Shown piece after piece: positions 27,905-41,021 of a DNA stretch of 64,000 nt (positions are counted from its first letter, which is position 1; each line of letters opens with the position of its first letter). Both the position numbers and the translations under genes were made by a program. Under the pieces are notes generated by a model. The model was not told the DNA's origin, did not search any database, and was given only the letters and a program-made list of their open reading frames with translations. Origin of the DNA: Rhizophagus irregularis (lineage: Eukaryota); NCBI RefSeq assembly GCF_026210795.1, contig NC_089436.1, forward strand, positions 2,108,001-2,172,000, read 5' to 3'.

Positions 27905-29096
27905 TAAAGCTCTGAACGATTTGGGTTAAACCAGAGAACTGATCTGAAACTGGCTTAAAATTCGGTTCAGTTTGGTTCAGGTATTAGAACCGAAAAACTG
28001 GCAGTTCAGTTCAGTTTAATTTGATTTTTTATAAAAATGCAAAAAATCGAATAGCCGTCCATCTAATGATCGTACAAAGTTAAGCCATATATCATTGGAT
28101 TCGTCTCAATGAGACGCGTTGAATGGTGGTAAGATCATATCTCTAGTATCGATAGATCACGCACATGTTAACCCATGCTAAATAGTTTATAAATAATTGG
28201 AATTAGCAAGCTATCTATCAGTGCTAGAGACATGATCTTAGCATCATTCAACACGTCTCATCAAGACGAATCCAATAAATATAAATTTGTCTGTGTACAG
28301 CCACTGGATGGCGAATAATGTCAAGTTTTGCATTTTTTTAAAATTAAAAATTAAAAATTCCAATACATGAATTTATTCATCGTCTAATGGTTATACAAAT
28401 ATGAATTAGAACTCATTGGATTCGTCTCAATGAGATGAGTTGAATGGTAGTAAGATCACGTTTCTAGCATTGATAGATAGCTTGCTAATGCCAATTTTTT
28501 ATAAATCATTTAGCATGAATTAACCTACGATCTATTAATGCTAGTGATATGATCTCACCACCATTTGACTTGTCTCATTGAGACAAATCCAATGAATCCT
28601 AATTCATATTTGTATGACCATTGGATGACAAATAAATTTATGTATCTGAATTTTTAATTTTTAATGCTCAAAAATTTTTAAAAAAATGCAAAACTTGACA
28701 TTATTCGCTATCCAGTGATTGTACATGGACAAATTTATATTCATTGGATTTGTCTCACTGAGACGTGTTAAATAGTGCAAAGATCATGTCTCTAGCACTG
28801 ATAGATAGCTTGCTAATTCCAATTATTTATAAACTATTTAGCGTGGATTAACGTGTGATCTATTGATACTAGAGATATGATCTTACCACCATTCGATACG
28901 TCTCATCAAGACGAATCCAATGATATATGGTTCACTTTGTATGATTACTAGATGGAAGGCTTTTTGATTTTTGCATTTTTATAAAAATCGGATTAAACTG
29001 AACTGAACTGCCGGTTTTTCAGTTCAGTTCTTACGGATTTCAGCTCTAATCCAAACCGTCTATAATCCAGACCAAATTAACCCATTCGGAGCTTTA
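27905..29096 (-). mobile_element. Palindromic fold-back hAT-type element, older copy
   Basis: TIRs taaagctc / gagcttta, perfect 8-bp TSD ttccatat; inverted copy of 35740-36937. Confidence 0.9.
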
Positions 29097-29492
29097 TTCC
29101 ATATTATATTTATTTATATTAGTATTAATATTATTTAAAATATATATTTATTTTAAAAATAAAGTTAAACTGAATTTTTAAGTATATAAAAATTACTTAA
29201 AAAATAATATATACAAAAAAAAATGTTTTTATATATTGCAAATTATTATGATATATTAAAAAAATAGCATGCAAATTGCAAAATAAAAGAAGCTAATTGA
29301 ACTATATGATATTTTTATCATTTAATTTATAGGTAAAAAATGATATTTAATTGCATTATATATAATTTTAATATGTATAATATAAGATTAACATTTTAAC
29401 TGTTTTTTAAATAGTTACATAATTATAATTATATAAAAAATATAGAGTTGCAATTGTGAATTGCAAGTTGCACACATCTTTAATATAATATA

Positions 29493-29664
29493 CAGTCAAA
29501 CCTTGATATAGTGAACCTTTGATATAATAAATTTTTCAGACAATTATAATAAATTTCCTTTTGCTATAACGAATTAACCAATCAAATCTCTTAAAATCTT
29601 CACTATAGTTTTATAGTGAAGTTGAGGTCTAGACCCTAGGGTTCGTTATAACAAGGGTTAACTG
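29493..29664. mobile_element. Tc1/mariner-pogo-type MITE (same family as 5188-5358)
   Basis: TA-flanked cagtcaaacc...ggttaactg; internal sequence alignable to 5188-5358. Confidence 0.8.
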
Positions 29665-30042
29665 TATATAATTTATATATTATATATTGCATAATTTTAA
29701 ACTTATAATATACATGATTTTAAGCCTAATTCAGTCTAATCTGGATCAGTCTATTCAATGCAATTTAGGTTAAAGTTTAATCTGAAATTAGAATCAAATT
29801 ACTATTAATCAAATTTTGAATAAGTAAATTTGGGACAAATTATATTCAAAATTTGGCTTAAATTGGCTAAATATTATACTAAATATTTATATTAAATGGT
29901 ATAATTCAGACTGCTATTTATCTGAATTTCAGTTATTTTTTACATAATTTTTAGTAGAATTGGTTAATAAATTTTATATAATATTTAGTTGTTTTCTAAT
30001 ATTTGCATTATTATATTGTATTATAAATTTATATTATAGTAT

Positions 30043-30230
30043 TTATTTAATTTTAAATATCAAAAAATTATATAAAAACTGAGAAAAATAAAAAATATAT
30101 TTAAAAATTCCAATATTTTTCCAATCATCAAATGAAAGAGTAATACCAGCTTGCTCATGTATCTGATTTAACTTTTCTTTGTATAATTGTTCAATACTTT
30201 TAATAGCTTGATCTAATATTGGACCAGCTA
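30043..30230 (-). pseudogene. hAT transposase fragment cut by the pogo-like insertion
   Basis: GITLSFDDWKNI matches GVTLAFDGWTNV of the hAT transposase at 47272-47601. Confidence 0.6.
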
Positions 30231-30528
30231 CAGTCAACTCCTTCTATAGTCACTCCTATTTATATAGTCATATTCTACTATATAGTCACACCAGTTGAAT
30301 GTTCAAAACACTTTATTATTAAAATCTTTCCTATATAGTCACAATCTATCTATAGTCATTATCACATCTATCCTCAAAAATCTTATATTAAAAAGAACTC
30401 TTTATAATCACAGTCATATGAAGAATATATTAAATAACTTGACATCTAATAATCATACAAAGATGTACCATAACTTGTTAGAATCGTCTTACTGAGACGA
30501 ATCGAATGGTGGTAGTTTTATCCTTTTA

Positions 30529-31747
30529 CTTTACTAGTGTTTATGGCCAAGCCTCCTACTACCTCTTATAAGACTAGTTATCAGCTAGTATACTATCATT
30601 CCTATTAATTACAAATATATACCTGAGTACTTAATTCCTTGCAGTAACAGCACTATATACGAGAACATCTCCCATCAGGCCACTTTTAAAGCTGATTTGA
30701 AGCTAGGAATATGCCGCTTACTCATCCTTAACCTATTGCATGATATTAGTACTCAATTTATTTTACGACCTTTAAAAAGCATCTACTTTCATGGAGGACT
30801 TTCGACAGATAACATCAACCATTTAGTACCCTTCTATACCACTATTTTAGGTACGAAATCTCACTCAAAGATCATTACAGCCTGTGATTACTCAGTACTA
30901 ATAGTACAGTTGTTTACCTCAAGTGGTATACTTTGTAGTGATCATTCAAACAGGAAGTAGCAGGCATCTGTCCAGAATCACCCCTTATGGTGGATATCAA
31001 CCACTAAAGATCACCAATCAGGACCTGAATCGAACTTTATAATCATGTTACCTGTTCTCAATGCATTATCCACTTGATCTTGGTCTACGACTTAACAGAA
31101 GGTCAGACTACCACTAAGTTATTGCACCCTCAGCTTTACCATCTAAAATGACCATCTAGCCATTACTGACCCCAAGCGGTATCATGGAGTAACCATCTGG
31201 ACAGAAAGTCCCTCTAAGGTATAGTACTAGTGACCTCAAGGACAGAACTGCGCACATGTTAATGGCCTCATAAAGAACGTTAGAAGGACATCATGACCCT
31301 TAGTTAAAATGTGCGACCTAACTGTATACACTAATTCACCATGATGCAGTCTAACTACACTAATCCCTGTATCTTCATGCTATTGGTTGTAGGTATTAAA
31401 ATCGATTAATCGAAAATCGACAAAACATAGTAAAATCGATTCTTGAGAATTGATTCTCAGCAATTTTTTACATATAAGTTAACCTGACTCCAAAGTAATT
31501 TTTCATGCCGGCCAAGTGCTGATTATTTTTGCTGAAATTAGAAACTTATTCAAAGTCAGGATGGTTATTTATAAGAAAAATCTTGAAAAGATTCGATTTT
31601 CGATTCCAATCCCTAATTGGTTGTAGCACTCACAGTAAAATTCATTTTATTTTCATGATCAGTGAAATTGAACCTGCAACTTCACCATACTCAGGCTATA
31701 TGAGAGAGTGCTGCCTTAACGACTGCACTAGGGTGATCAGCCTTTGT
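30529..31747 (-). mobile_element. Candidate tRNA-derived SINE (~1 kb without the nested MITE)
   Basis: Flanked by the 15-bp direct repeat agttttatcctttta. The minus-strand 5' end has an A-box-like TAGTGCAGTCGTTAAGGC (31730-31713) and a B-box-like GGTTCAATTTC (31674-31664). GC-richer body with no convincing ORF and a short gtaaa tail. Confidence 0.65.
31390..31615. mobile_element. hAT-type MITE (tagggattg TIR) nested in the SINE
   Basis: taggtattaaaatcg ... cgattccaatcccta; perfect 8-bp TSD attggttg. Confidence 0.85.
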
Positions 31748-31762
31748 AGTTTTATCCTTTTA

Positions 31763-32456
31763 TTATGCAAACAGTCTTATGATTTTATCTTTTATTTATA
31801 TTTTAAAATCGAAAATTTAAAATTTGAATAATATTACAAAATAAGAAAATAAACTAATAAAAAATAAAAAGAGTAGTTTCACGGCTCATACAAGCAAAAA
31901 AATCTAAACTAAAATAAAATTAAAGAAAAGAATAACTAAACTATTACAGAATCATATACCCCAACTTTACTCGAAGGCCAGTGTGAGTTAACTATTTAAC
32001 ATCCCAAAATCCAGTCCATTACCAGAAAGAGACTCTAAGAGGTTGAACTGTTAAGCGGTGCAGAAAATCCAAATGTAAGATCTAAAATCCACCTTGAATT
32101 ATAAAAGAGGATATCCAAGAAATCCAGGAATTCTGAGAAATTAACGCTAAAGAAGAGTTGTGATAATGTGGAAAAATAATAGAAGAGAAAATGGCAGAAG
32201 GGCCACATGATTTTGATGAAGCAGAAATTCCCTGAGATTTTTCCCAGGTGTGAAAAAGAACATTTCGATATAGCCAAATTTCACCATATAATTCGACTTG
32301 AAAATCATTAAGAAAAGAAGAAATAGTCTTGTACACGACAAAAAGAAGAAAATAATTCTTCAAAAATATTGTTAGATGGGCAGGAAGTAATTATCTAGTA
32401 AGCTATAGACAGGACAGAGAATGAACATCAAAGTTCCAATAATCTAATGCAGAAAA
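31763..32456 (-). mobile_element. 5'-truncated non-LTR retrotransposon (LINE) 3' end
   Basis: Flanked by agttttatcctttta direct repeats. Broken ORF with EIWLYRNVLFHTWEKSQGI (an IW..R..WEK..GI pattern I associate with C-termini of fungal LINE ORF2), T-rich 3' UTR and taa tail. Confidence 0.6.
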
Positions 32457-34729
32457 AGTTTTATCCTTTTACAATAACTGGCTGATGAGTTATTTAACAA
32501 AATATTAAACATCAGCCTTATCATATTTCTTGATTTACATTTACTGCACCATTTAACATTTTGCTAAATTTCTCAGTACCTAGTAATTGTAAAAAAGACA
32601 ATTAATAGCTCATTGAAATCATCTCATCAAGACAAATCAAATGGTAGTAAGCTCATCTCTTTGTGATCAATATTGATGGAGTTACTACTTAAAAACCATT
32701 TAATATTTTTTAATTTCAGAAATTGATCTAGTGATTGGATTTCGATATATTTTATATCATTAGATTCGTCACATTAAGACGAATCGAATGGTAGTAAGAT
32801 CGTCTCTCTAGGATCAATATTAGCAAAGTTATTATACAAAAACTATTAATATTTTTTTAATTTCAGAAATTAATCTAGTGATTGGATTTCGATGTATTTT
32901 ATTAGAACCATTTCATCAAAACGAATCAAATGGCGGTAAGCTCGTCTCTCTGTGATCAATATTGACGGAATTACTACTTAATAACCATTTAATATTTTTT
33001 AATTTCGAAAATTGATCTAGTGATTGGATTTTGATGTATTTTATATTATTAGATTTGTCATATCAAGATGAATCGAATGGTAGTAAAATCGTCTCTCTAG
33101 GATCAATATTGGCAGAGTTATTGCACAAAAACTATTAATATCTGATATTTTTTAATTTTAGAAATTAATCTAGTGATTGGATTTCGATGTATTTATACCA
33201 TTAGAACTGTCTCATTAAGACAAATCGAATGGCGGTAAGATCATCTCTTTATAATTAATATTGGCAGAGTTATGATACAATAAAATTTTAAGTATAATTT
33301 TGGCCAAAATTTATATTAATTTTTGGCCGGAATTATGATATACTAATATAAGAAATTTTTTATGTAGTCACATCTCTTTTATATAATCACCAAATATAGA
33401 CTGTCCCAAATGTGTGACTATAAAGAGAGTTGACTGTAATTAATTAATTAATCAATAGGTTTAATGAAACTTGCAAAGCTTAAACTTTTTAAGCAAGATT
33501 TAAATAATTTGAAATGGCTTTAGAGAATACTAATCAAAACAAATATTAAATTAATTACAATATACTATAAAGAAATTTCTAATTCTGACCAAATAATCAA
33601 AGCAGAAAATTATTGAAGTTTAATAGTAATATTCTTTATTTTATAAAAAGAATACTAGTAATTTAAAGCAAATTGATATTTTTAATTTTAAAAAATCAGT
33701 TTTTTGTTATTTTCTCAGCATTTATTTTATAAAATAAAAAAAAGTTCATCTAATTGAATTATTAGATACTAAGATAATTGCAAAAAATAAAAAAGTAAAA
33801 AAAGAGCAAATTTGATTAATTTTAGCAAAAAGTCAGTTATGAATTTTATACTAAATGTCACAGAATTTTAATAACTTCTAATCAATTTGGCTCTAATTTG
33901 AAAATCTGTAATCTAAAATATATTAGCCATATAACTTTTGGTTAAATTTTAACCAAAGTTCAGTCTGTATAAAGCTTTAACCAAAATTTTAATATATAAC
34001 TTTCAAATATCATTTTAAAGTTAACGCAAAAATTATTATATACTGTATATATATGATAATTTTTTTTAAACTCTTTTTTTTATTTAATTCAACACAAGTT
34101 TTAAATATAGTTTTATTTCACTTCAAAATTTTAAAAAAACTTTTTATTAAAAAAAAAATTTATTGTTTTTTTTTTATTTTGTAAATTTTAGCTTCAAATC
34201 TTAAATATTAAATAGATATAAATAAGTTTTATTTTAAGTAATATTTCAAAACTTTATTTTTTTTTATTTTATAGATTTTGGCTTTAATTCTTAGACTTTA
34301 GATAGGTAAGTTTCAAAGATTTTACTTAATTGCTGATTTATTATTTAACAATATGCCTATGCTTAGCAAAATACTATCTTAATAATCTGAAAATAAACAC
34401 TTTGTATATGTTAAAATACTCATTTAAAAAGTATCACATTAATTATACAAATTTTAAAAATTTAATTTCATTGAATTATTTATTTAGCATTAAAAATAAA
34501 AAAAATTAAAATTTTTTTAAAATTTAAGAAATTTGATGCATTTTTAAGCTGTTAATTCTAATTTGTAAAATATTTCATATTTTTTAAATTGGATTTTTTT
34601 TGAAAATCTAATGAAAGTATATATTAATTAATTTTGAAATTTCTAGTTAATATTTTTATTAAACAAAAAATCTTGATGAAATTTTACTAAAAATTTAGCT
34701 AATTGACAATGTTTAGAAATTAAAATCAC

Positions 34730-35321
34730 TTAATTGCCGATCCGCCTAAAATCAGCACTGCGTTACTAATAAAATTTGGGAATAATAGCAATAATAAAAA
34801 AGCATTTTTTGCATCTCGCGTGCGAAATAAGTTTCAACCATTTTACAAACAGAAATATTATAAATACAATATTTTCTTTCATTTTATGACAAGTCATATT
34901 TGCCAAAAAATTTTATAATTATATTTCTGTAACTGGTTTTCTTCAACTTTCACTTGTTTTTAATAATAAAAATATTTCAAAAAAGCTTTTAAAAACAACT
35001 TTAAAAGCTAAAAATTATAGGGTTTTAATGTAAATAATGCAATATAGTAAAATGAAATATTGAAATTTCGTATATTATAAGATGTAAATCTGACGCGCGC
35101 ACATAGTAAACTCATTATTTTGCATATGAATGTATAACTTTTTTTTGCAAATTCGTTTTTTTTAAGTATTTTTTCAGTATATTATATGATTTTTTTTTAT
35201 AGTTAATATGTCATCTATGAGATATCCTTTTTTGAAATTTGTGTTTTAGCACAAAATCGGCAAATTTAACCCCGAATTTTATTAGTAACGCAGTGCCGAT
35301 TTTAGGTGGATCTGCAATTAA
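34730..35321. mobile_element. MITE with ~50-bp TIRs ending in TTAA (piggyBac/Kolobok-like target; superfamily uncertain)
   Basis: ttaattgccgatccgcctaaaatcagcactgcgttactaataaaatttggg / cccgaattttattagtaacgcagtgccgattttaggtggatctgcaattaa. Confidence 0.75.
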
Positions 35322-35739
35322 ATTTTTTGGATAAAAAAACAAAGTTTTTCCAGTAAAAATTTTAAGTGATTTGGTTAGAAATTGATGAACTTTTACTATT
35401 TAGGAAAGTAGTATTCCAGTTTTGCTAATTATTTGTATCATTAAGTGGTAAATTAACAATTAAAACTTTTTCATTAAAAAAATTTTTTTATAATTTTTTT
35501 TTTTCTTTTATTTTGTAAATTTTGGCTTTAATTCTTGAGTATCAGATAGTAAATTTTGAAGATTTTACTTAAAACTTTTTGTTAAAAACACTTATTTTTT
35601 TATTTTATAGTTTTAGTTTCAGTAGAACTCTGAACAATACTGGCTGATACAACTCACATTTGAATTTGCATAGAGTTTATATTAAAATTTTTCAAAAATT
35701 GCATATTACAAGAGTATTTTCAAAATTTTGTTATCCTAT

Positions 35740-36937
35740 TAAAGCTCCGAACGGGTCGGTTTGGTCCAGATTATAGACGGTTCGGATTAGAGCCGAAATC
35801 CATAAGAACCGAACCGAAAAACTGGCGGTTCGGTTCAGTTTAATCCGATTTTTATAAAAATGCTAAAAATCGAATAGCCGGCCATCTAGTGATCGTATAA
35901 AGTCAAGCCATATATCATTGGATTCGTCTCGACGAGACGCGTCGAATGGTGGTAAGATCATGTCTCTAGCATTGATAGAACACACGTTAACCCACGCTAA
36001 ATAATTTATCAATAATTTGAATTAGCAAGCTATCTATCGGTGCTAGAGACATGATCTTAGCGCCATTCGACGCGTCTCTGTGAGACGAATCCAATGAATA
36101 TAAATTTGTTCGTGTACGACCACTAGATGGCGAATAATATCAAGTTTCGCATTTTTTTAAAAATTTCGAGCGTTAAAAATTAAAAATTCCGATACATGAA
36201 TTTATTCGTCGTCTAATGGTCGTACAAATATGAATTAGGATTCATTGGATTCGTCTCGATGAGACGAGTCGAATGGTGGTGAGATCATGTTTCTAGCATT
36301 AATAGATCGTAAGTTAATTCACGCTAAATAATTTATAAAAAATTGGCATTATCAAGCTATCTATCGATGCTAGAGACGTGCTCTTACCACCATTCGACTC
36401 GTCTCATCGAGACGAATCCAATGAGTCCTAATTCATATTTGTATGACCATTGGACGACGAATAAATTCATGTATCGGAATTTTTAATTTTTAACGCTCGA
36501 AAATTTTAAAAAATGCGAAACTTGATATTATTCGCCATATAGTGGTCGTACACGAACGAATTTATATTCATTGGATTCGTCTCACAGAGACGCGTCGAAT
36601 GGCATTAAGATCATGTCTCTAGCACCGATAGATAGCTTGCTAATTCAAATTATTGATAAATCATTTAGCGTGGGTTAACGTGTGTTCTATCGATGCTAGA
36701 GACATGATCTTACCACCATTCGACGCGTCTCGTCGAGACGAATTCAATGATATATGGCTTGACTTTATACGATCACTAGATGGCCGGCTATTCGATTTTT
36801 CGCATTTTTATAAAAAATCGGATTAAACCGAACTGAACCGCCGGTTTTTCAGTTTTAATATCCGAACCGAACCGAACCGAATTTTGAGCCAGTTTCGGAT
36901 CGGTTCCCCGGTTTAGCCCGAACCGTTCAGAGCTTTA
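35740..36937 (+). mobile_element. Palindromic fold-back hAT-type element, younger copy
   Basis: TIRs taaagctccgaacgg / ccgttcagagcttta, perfect 8-bp TSD tatcctat. The interior ~35815-36850 is a near-perfect palindrome built from six alternating gtctcNNNgagac units. Confidence 0.92.
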
Positions 36938-37644
36938 TATCCTATATACCTCTGTTTTTAACACAACCAGTAATTTTATTTTAATAAAATTTATATTATT
37001 AGATTCATCTCAATGAGAGAATTCTAATGATAGTAAAATCAAATTCTTAGCTTCAATATTGACAAAGTTATGTCATAAAATGTATTTTTACTTCAATACT
37101 TAAAGTTTACTTGTGAGTTATATTAGTATTATTCAGGTCCTGTTTCAGTTCTTTATATTAAATAAATGAGTTTCATTTTAAATAATACTTTGAGATTTTA
37201 TTTTATTTTTTAAAAAATAATTTAATTTTTTTTTATTTTATAGATTTCAGCTTCAGTTTTTGGATATTGAATAAGTAAGTTTCATTTTAAATAACACTTT
37301 AAAACTTTATTTTTTTTTAATTTAATTTATTGATTTTTTTTTCTATTTGGCTCTAATTTTTAAGTTTTAAATAGGTGAATTTTATTTTAAACAATACTTC
37401 AAAATTTTATTTTTTTTAAAGTTTTGAAGATTTTGCTCAAATCTTTTTTATTAAAATAATTTTTTTTATTTTTTTTTCTTTTATTTTGTAATTTTGATTT
37501 CAGTTCTTAAATATTGAATAGATGACTTTGTTTTTATTAAAAAAAATAATTTAATTTTTTTTTTATTTTGAATTTTAAATAGATAAGTTTTAAAGATATT
37601 GCTTAAAAAAAAAATTTTTTAATATTTTTTTTTATTTTATTTTA

Positions 37645-37931
37645 TAGGGTTTAAATTTTAAACGTACCTGCGTTTGAATGCACCCCCATAGTATAGCTCA
37701 AAAATGAAGTTTTAAACCCCTTTTGTCATAGTAAGTAAAGTTGTAGAGGAGGCAAAAATACGCATATAATGTGAGTTTATTTATAGGTATATAAGGTATA
37801 AATTGCATTTATTCAAAAAATTAGAAATTTGCCAGTATTACGTGATAAAATGATCAGCATTTTTATTATATAAAAATTTCCAAAAAAGAGAGGTGCGTTC
37901 AAACGCAAGTGCATTCAAATTTTAATCCCTA
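37645..37931. mobile_element. MITE with ~40-bp imperfect TIRs (taggg...cccta)
   Basis: tagggtttaaattttaaacgtacctgcgtttgaatgcacc / ggtgcgttcaaacgcaagtgcattcaaattttaatcccta; TSD not clean. Confidence 0.7.
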
Positions 37932-38052
37932 TTTTATAAATATTGAATTAGTTTTTGAAATTTTTTTTTTTTTTTACAAATTTTAGGATCAGAGAAACGA
38001 AAACTTTTAATTTTAAAGTTTAAAGTAGTTTAATTTTGAAATGTAATATAAA

Positions 38053-40333
38053 TTGATAAATCAAGAATTACTTGAAATTATGATTATATTACCTTCTGGT
38101 AAAACTTTGATATGGAAAGCAGTAGATATAAGTGATCAAAGAGGACGTGCAATTGATGTTATACCAAAAATAGAAGAAATAATATTAAATGATTTAAAGG
38201 AACAATCAATTAAAGTAGCTTGCGGCATATGCTTCAGCATGGTAAGTTGATTATGTAATTATTATATATTAAATTTATTTATTTTTTTTTTAATTTATTT
38301 AATGAATTTTTATTTTATTTAGATGGCAGCTTTATCTCAAATACTTTCAATATGTATTTTTGTCATACTTTGCATATCAATGCAATTTAGCTGTTAGAGA
38401 GATTTTTAAAGAATCTAGTATCTTGAAAAATGCATCTACTAATGCCATCAAATTGGTTAATTATTTTAATCATTCTAATAATGTATATTTTATTGGAAAA
38501 TTACAAAATATTCAACGAGAACTTTATTCAAAATATTATGCAATAATAAAATCTGGCGATACAAAATAGAATTCTTATTATGAATGTTATTTAAGTTTAA
38601 TTCAGACTAAATAGACATTGAAGGTAAGTGAAATTTATTAATTTAAATATTAAAAATTAAATACTAATTTATTATTCTTTAAATAGAATTTAGTTACTCG
38701 TTATGAGCCTTCTGAAGAAACTTCATCAAAATCTACTGAATTATATTTTCCAACTGATATTTGCCAAATAATTATAGGTGATTTATTTTGGTCCCGTATT
38801 TCGCAACTTGCAATATTAATAAAACCTTACTGTGGAGCATTTGGTAAATTGCAAATAGATAAGGCTCAACTATATGATGTTGCTTTATCTTTTGGATATT
38901 TTATTAAATTTTGGGAGCAGAATACAGATCAATTCTTGTCTGAAGGCATAATTTCACATTTTGAAAAATGTTGGAATAACTGGGAACAATTTATACTATT
39001 ACTTTCTTTTGTACTTCATCCCAAATATCACCTTGACAAATTTAATCCTAACTTAGAAACAATCAATTTTGTAACAATAGGAATTTGGCTTGATTATTAT
39101 TATAAAGCTTGGACATCTGAAAAACCAACAAAACTACTTGCATAATTTGAATCTTATTGAGTTAAAAAATTACCTTTTAATAATGAAATATATGAGCAAT
39201 TTGGTGATGATGTTTTGGCATATTAGTACTATTGTTCTATAATGTGTAAGGAATTAGGATTTATAGCAACAAAATTTTCAGTATTTGTGTAAACTCAGTT
39301 TCTATAGAACAATTATTCTTATTTATAGGATTTTTGCACACTTCTTGAAAAAACAAATCAAAGGCAATATTATTTTATTTTGAGTAAATTTATTCATCGC
39401 ACGTGCGATGCATCGCCACTTTCCTTTTTTGTAAATTATTTATGTTGATCAACCTGCTTATACATCGCCACCCCCCTTAAAATGGCAATGATAAACATAA
39501 AAATTTGCATCGCACGTGCGATAAATAAATTATTTCTTTTATTTTTTATATATTATTGATATTTACTAATTATTTTTTTTTTATTTATTTAGCATGAAAG
39601 AGTTGTAGCTATAGCTCAACTTCAAGCAGATATTCATCAGACTGAAAATAAAAAAAAAAGGAAACATGAATCTGAAAAAATAAAGGTAAATATTGCACCA
39701 CCAATTATTGAATCAGCAGGTGAACAAGAAACTGGTAATACAGAACAAAATGAAGCTGAAAGAATACTTGAAGACTTACAAGAAACATCTGATTACATAA
39801 CAACTGAACAAGATTGGATTGAATGTCTGAATGAATGGAATGAGCTATTAATGAAAGAAGAAAAAGCACAAAATTTGGATGTTACAAAGGAATCATTAAA
39901 TTGTAGTGATAATGATCTATTAAATTCATATATATATCCACCCTACTATTAATGCTGATGCAAAGTGGAACTTACGAGATCTTTTTATTAGAGAATTGGA
40001 AAGGCCAGAATTTATATCTGTATTTTCAAAATTTAATTAATTAAATATGTAATTAGTTTATTATAATTTTTTTCATTCAATAACATAATATTAATAATAA
40101 ATAATTATTAAATAATGGTTTAAAATTTAGTAATGCTAATATAAATTTGTAATTAACATTTATTTTATATAATGTTTACCAGAATTAGTTATAATTTTGG
40201 CCCAAATTAATTTAATAATCACGTGATCTATCTAAAACTTGTCCAATGAAAAAAGGTTTTAGTTTTGGACAGATTTTGGATAGAATTTTGGGCAGATGTC
40301 CAAAATATCAAATTGTTCAATTACCTAATACTG
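38053..40333 (+). pseudogene. 5'-truncated, decayed hAT transposase (to ~40040) plus probable right terminus (..ttacctaatactg 40333)
   Basis: LIWKAVDIS, FAYQCNL, GDTK*NS, LHPKY and acidic tail, with many stops and frameshifts; paralogous to 45497-48158. Confidence 0.85.
39387..39531. mobile_element. Small palindromic MITE in an intron of the hAT relic
   Basis: aatttattcatcgcacgtgcgatgca ... tgcatcgcacgtgcgataaataaatt inverted ends. Confidence 0.65.
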
Positions 40334-41021
40334 CATTATATTATTTGCTTTTATATTTGGAAGAGAATATAAGCATGATTCAGAATGTTCTTGGTATTGT
40401 CAGTCATTCTGATCAGGAAATAAATGGATTAGAAGAAGCCAATAAAAATGCAAAAGTGTATCTTTAAAACTTTTGATAGTTTCTTACCTTTAGTGCCTTT
40501 GGTCCAGGTATATTAATACAGAAATTCATTTATAAGAAGTGGAAATATTTTATTTTACTGGAAAGTAACTATCATTATTTTAATTGTGTGAAAATTCAGC
40601 TAGTGTCTATGTCTAGAATATACTTTTTGTCAAAATGACAAAATACTAATTAAATTTATTTTGATAAACGTAATGTATTTTGATAGACATAATTAATTCA
40701 TAGTAATTTTATAATAAATAGTGAATTGGTCTGTTCACCAAAATATAACGTAATTAATTAGCAGAGAAGTATAGTCTAGAACAGGTTAGCTAATATATAT
40801 ATTTTTTTGTTACATAGGAGTACATATGAAGTTCAGCAAAAAATCTTCTAAGCTGATGATTACCATTCCGAATTATTAGTTAGATTGATAAAGTACAACT
40901 ATTCTGCTTGATCGGTTAGTAATCTCTAAAAAGAATATTGTGAAAAGTTTTCCCTATATACATCTAATGGTAAATCTGGCAGAGATAATTGAAAAAAATG
41001 TGATATCTTTTGAACTGAAAA

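Larger units (their letters stand above)
30231..33436. mobile_element. Non-autonomous pogo/Tc1-mariner-like element with nested retroelements and an internal ~150-bp tandem array (~32600-33280)
   Basis: TA|cagtcaactc..tatagtcac ... gtgactataaagagagttgactg|TA; subterminal tatagtca repeats. Confidence 0.85.

Noticed and set aside
31655..31745. Functional tRNA gene
   Set aside because: Boxes are degenerate, no clean cloverleaf could be folded, and it sits at the head of a TSD-flanked insert; treated as a SINE head.
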